This document shows positions 61,266 through 64,000 of a stretch of DNA of 64,000 nucleotides, piece by piece; the stretch's first letter is position 1, and every line of letters starts with the position of its first letter. The translations under genes and the position numbers were made by a program. The stretch is from Alloascoidea hylecoeti. Lineage: Eukaryota. The DNA lies in assembly GCA_001600815.1 (NCBI GenBank), contig BCKZ01000008.1, positions 837,885-901,884 of the forward strand, written 5' to 3'. The notes below the pieces were generated by a model. The model ran no database searches. It saw only the letters and a program-made list of their open reading frames with translations, and had not been told where the DNA came from.

Positions 61266-61940
61266 ATGAAAGATTACAGAGTATATGTTCGAAATTTAAA
61301 AGAACGAATTCCAATACCTAAATTAAAAGAAACACTACAAACACATTTTTCAAAATATGGTAATATATTATCAATAACAGCTCATAAAAATTTAAAAATG
61401 AAAGGTCAAGCATTCATTGCATTTGATAATATTGAAAGTGCTAAAAAATCAATTTTAGAATTAAATGGATTAAAATTATTTGAACAAAAAATTGAATTAA
61501 AATTTTCAAAAAAAGATAGTGATTTTGTAATTAAAAATAAATTTAAAAATGAAGATGATAAATTTAATGAATATTTAAAGAAAAGGAAAGCAGATAAAAT
61601 AAAACGAGAAGAAGAAAATAATAAAAATAACAGCAATAATGTTAATAATAATGTTAATAATAATGGTGGAAGTAAAAAGAAAAGGAAAACAAATGCAAAT
61701 TCTAAGTTACCGGCAAATAAGATATTATTTATTGAGAATTTACCAAATACAATAACACAGGATAAATTAGTCGAAATATTTGGAAAATATAAAGGATTTT
61801 TGGAAGTTCGATTAGTTTCTATTAGAAAATTAGCATTTATTGAATATGAAAATGATGAGGAGGCAATTGTCGCTAAAAAGGCAACAGAGGACTTATTAAT
61901 TGATGGAGCTGAAGTGTTAATAAGCTATGCAAAGAAATGA
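61266..61940 (+). CDS. U1A/U2B'' (SNF-like) two-RRM spliceosomal protein
   Basis: VYVRNLKE...KNLKMKGQAFIAF; second RRM NKILFIENLP...EVRLV...LAFIEY...ISYAKK. Confidence 0.9.
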   Translation: MKDYRVYVRNLKERIPIPKLKETLQTHFSKYGNILSITAHKNLKMKGQAFIAFDNIESAKKSILELNGLKLFEQKIELKFSKKDSDFVIKNKFKNEDDKFNEYLKKRKADKIKREEENNKNNSNNVNNNVNNNGGSKKKRKTNANSKLPANKILFIENLPNTITQDKLVEIFGKYKGFLEVRLVSIRKLAFIEYENDEEAIVAKKATEDLLIDGAEVLISYAKK

Positions 61941-61958
61941 GTAGGAATAGTTTTTTAA

Positions 61959-62444
61959 TTAAAATTTATGTTTTGTACTATAATCCTTTGGACTTGCAAC
62001 CAAACCTTTCCCCTTTCTAGCACCTCTATAAATGGTTTCTATTATATCAATGATTTCCTGTTTATCCTCCAGCGGGAAATTCAGTTTATTGTTGTTTCCC
62101 GTTCCAAAGTCGCACATCATATGCTTGTTTCTGAAGAAAAACATGACGGTGCACGGATCGAACAGCTCGTACATGTCGTTGAAGTCCGGCACCTCCGTGT
62201 TGTCGCACAGATAAATGACGGCGAAGTTCTTCACCTTCTCCGCGATGCTGTACAGGAGCTCGTCCATTTGAAGACACTCTCTGTCCCCGTCGCTGCCAAA
62301 ACGCACGACCACCAGGCGGTCCTCCTCTATCCAGTCGGTCAGTCCGTGAACGGCACCACAGCAGGCAAACAACAACTTACCGGACAAGATGGCCTGGTCC
62401 ACGTGCCATCCCGTGTGCAAGTGCGGCAGAAAAATGCTTCCCAT
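61959..62444 (-). CDS. DIB1: U5 snRNP thioredoxin-like protein; intron 62327-62380
   Basis: LPHLHTGWHVDQAILS|EEDRLVVVRFG...HMMCDFGTGNNNK; GTAAGT..GACTGAC..TAG intron. Confidence 0.95.
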   Translation of the reverse strand: MGSIFLPHLHTGWHVDQAILSGKLLFACCGAVHGLTDWIEEDRLVVVRFGSDGDRECLQMDELLYSIAEKVKNFAVIYLCDNTEVPDFNDMYELFDPCTVMFFFRNKHMMCDFGTGNNNKLNFPLEDKQEIIDIIETIYRGARKGKGLVASPKDYSTKHKF

Positions 62445-62581
62445 GTGGATAAATGTTTTCGGAGGCTGTGCTGCGAGGTCGTGCCGAGGTCTTGCTGAGG
62501 TGAGGTGGCGGCCACGTGACGCGCCTTCGGAGATATCCGGGCCTGCAGACCTGCCCCTCCAGACCTGCCCCCCCCCCCCAG

Positions 62582-63466
62582 ATGCTCAGATTCGCCGTTT
62601 TGGGCCCCCCGCGCGTGGGGAAATCCGCCTTCGTCTACCGCCTGGCCACCAACTGTTTCCTGGAGACCCACTATCCCACGGCCGACCCCGCGTCCGTCCT
62701 CGTCTGCGCCGCCGCCGACGTGCAGGCCGAACTGGTCGACACGCGGCCCTTCGACGTGGAAACCGTGGTCCCCTTTCTGTCCAGGTCCCTCAACACCGAC
62801 CAGACCAAAGCCTACTTCGGCGACCCTGGGCCTGTGGGCCGTGCGGGCTCCATCGCCACCCCGCTGCTGATCGGCAGTGGCCTGGGCACCCTGAACGCGA
62901 GGATAGACGGTTATTTCTTCCTATACTCCGCGGCCCCGTCCGCCTCCGAGGATCCGCTCCTACAGCTACAGTATTTAAGATCGTCCATACGTGATGCCTG
63001 GATATCCTACTTCGAGTATCAGGACGACAAGTTAAGAACCCAGGAATCCGACATTTATAGTTTTATTGGTGGCATAAAATCTCTCTGGAGAGATCAGAAC
63101 TTGAATCAAAATCAAAAAGACTCAATCCTAAATAAATCTGCTAAAATCCTAAAATCTGAAAAAATCACTGAAAGTCATTTATCTTCTTCACAAGAAGACC
63201 CGAAAAACTATGACTCAAACAATTTAACTTCAACTGATATTCTACCTCCAATTATCATAATTGTTACCCATGTAAATCACCAAAATGCAAATCAACTTTT
63301 AATTAACAAAGGTGAAACTTTTGCAAATAAATATGGCCATGAATTTATTAAAATTGATAATTTAACTGGTTTAAATATTGATTATGCTTTACAAAAAATG
63401 ATTGATATTCAACAAAATAGAAATAAAATTAAAAATTTAAAATTAAAATTTAATTTAAACAAGTAA
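62582..63466 (+). CDS. Atypical Ras-superfamily small GTPase-like protein
   Basis: FAVLGPPRVGKS P-loop, effector-like HYPT, IDGYFFLYS, PPIIIIVTH, G.TFANKYGHEFIK; first ATG at 62582. Confidence 0.75.
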   Translation: MLRFAVLGPPRVGKSAFVYRLATNCFLETHYPTADPASVLVCAAADVQAELVDTRPFDVETVVPFLSRSLNTDQTKAYFGDPGPVGRAGSIATPLLIGSGLGTLNARIDGYFFLYSAAPSASEDPLLQLQYLRSSIRDAWISYFEYQDDKLRTQESDIYSFIGGIKSLWRDQNLNQNQKDSILNKSAKILKSEKITESHLSSSQEDPKNYDSNNLTSTDILPPIIIIVTHVNHQNANQLLINKGETFANKYGHEFIKIDNLTGLNIDYALQKMIDIQQNRNKIKNLKLKFNLNK

Positions 63467-64000
63467 ACAAGTAAACAAGTACAATAACACATGAACGATG
63501 CTAATAGTTAATAGTTCAACTTTTTTTATATATTTATTTATGCTCTTTATTTATTATGTTTTGTTGTTGCTTTTCTTAATCTTAGATCTTTGATGTCGTA
63601 TATGCAAGTTGATCGTTAAACTCAATATAAATTGTAATATCATAACCACAAACAAAAAACAATTCAAACCCCATTCTAAATATTATATTCAGATTTAATA
63701 AAAGCATTCCATATATCGATTTAATAGACGTTTAAATTCATTAAGATGATAAACTTGACACATATTATGAACTACTAGTAAGGTATTGAAAAAATATAAG
63801 AATGATGAAATATGGTATGCATTGTATGTACTATGAAGAGACAAATTCTGACCTGATGTTTAGCGAAATATTACTTCTTTCGAATTCTTATTCCTTTTCA
63901 TCTTTGATTAACTAACAACTTATTACTATTAAAATGGTCTGCTTTGTTTGCTTTGTTTTTTTTAAGAATGACCAAACAAAAATTAGATTAATATATAATT

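Noticed and set aside
61959..62444. Alternative CUG decoding (Ser or Ala)
   Set aside because: CTG occupies conserved Leu positions in Dib1 (DRLVV, MYELF)
61968..62994. Overlapping 110-201 aa ORFs in the GC island
   Set aside because: Expected from stop-codon scarcity at high GC; they overlap conserved genes and show no recognisable motif

Overview
Eukaryotic, AT-rich budding-yeast (Saccharomycotina-like) chromosomal DNA with about 26 protein-coding genes and two N gaps (1483-1907, 37181-37995). CTG decodes as Leu at conserved Dib1 positions, so the code is standard. Short (54-84 nt) spliceosomal introns with degenerate splice signals occur in 8 genes, including 4 in SPC25; the ORF track misses these, so I rebuilt the models by hand. 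Gene order: giant DOA4-like USP (5' end outside the window), GUT2, PCD1, BAS1, COA1, BUD21-like, ATX2, DIA2, OPT transporter, PFF1, Mpv17/PMP22, MCA1, two tandem SSU1-like genes, TPN1, SEF1-like, TGL1, a Fen2/Seo1-like MFS, SPC25, ISC1, BIM1-like, AFG3, U1A/U2B'', DIB1 and an atypical Ras-like gene. Most notable: (1) a roughly 2000-aa or longer repeat-expanded Doa4-family protein whose catalytic Cys is naturally Ser; (2) a sharp GC island (about 70% at its peak) centred on the DIB1/Ras-like divergent promoter, decaying within both ORFs and flanked by very AT-rich DNA; (3) a Ras-like protein with degenerate G3/G4 boxes; (4) an SSU1 tandem duplication with a disrupted N-terminus and different promoter in one copy; (5) an 83-nt genomic poly(A) just after AFG3; (6) an EB1 homologue without the EEY/F tail. 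I found no tRNA, rRNA, CRISPR array or intact mobile element. All gene names come from recalled motifs, not database searches.
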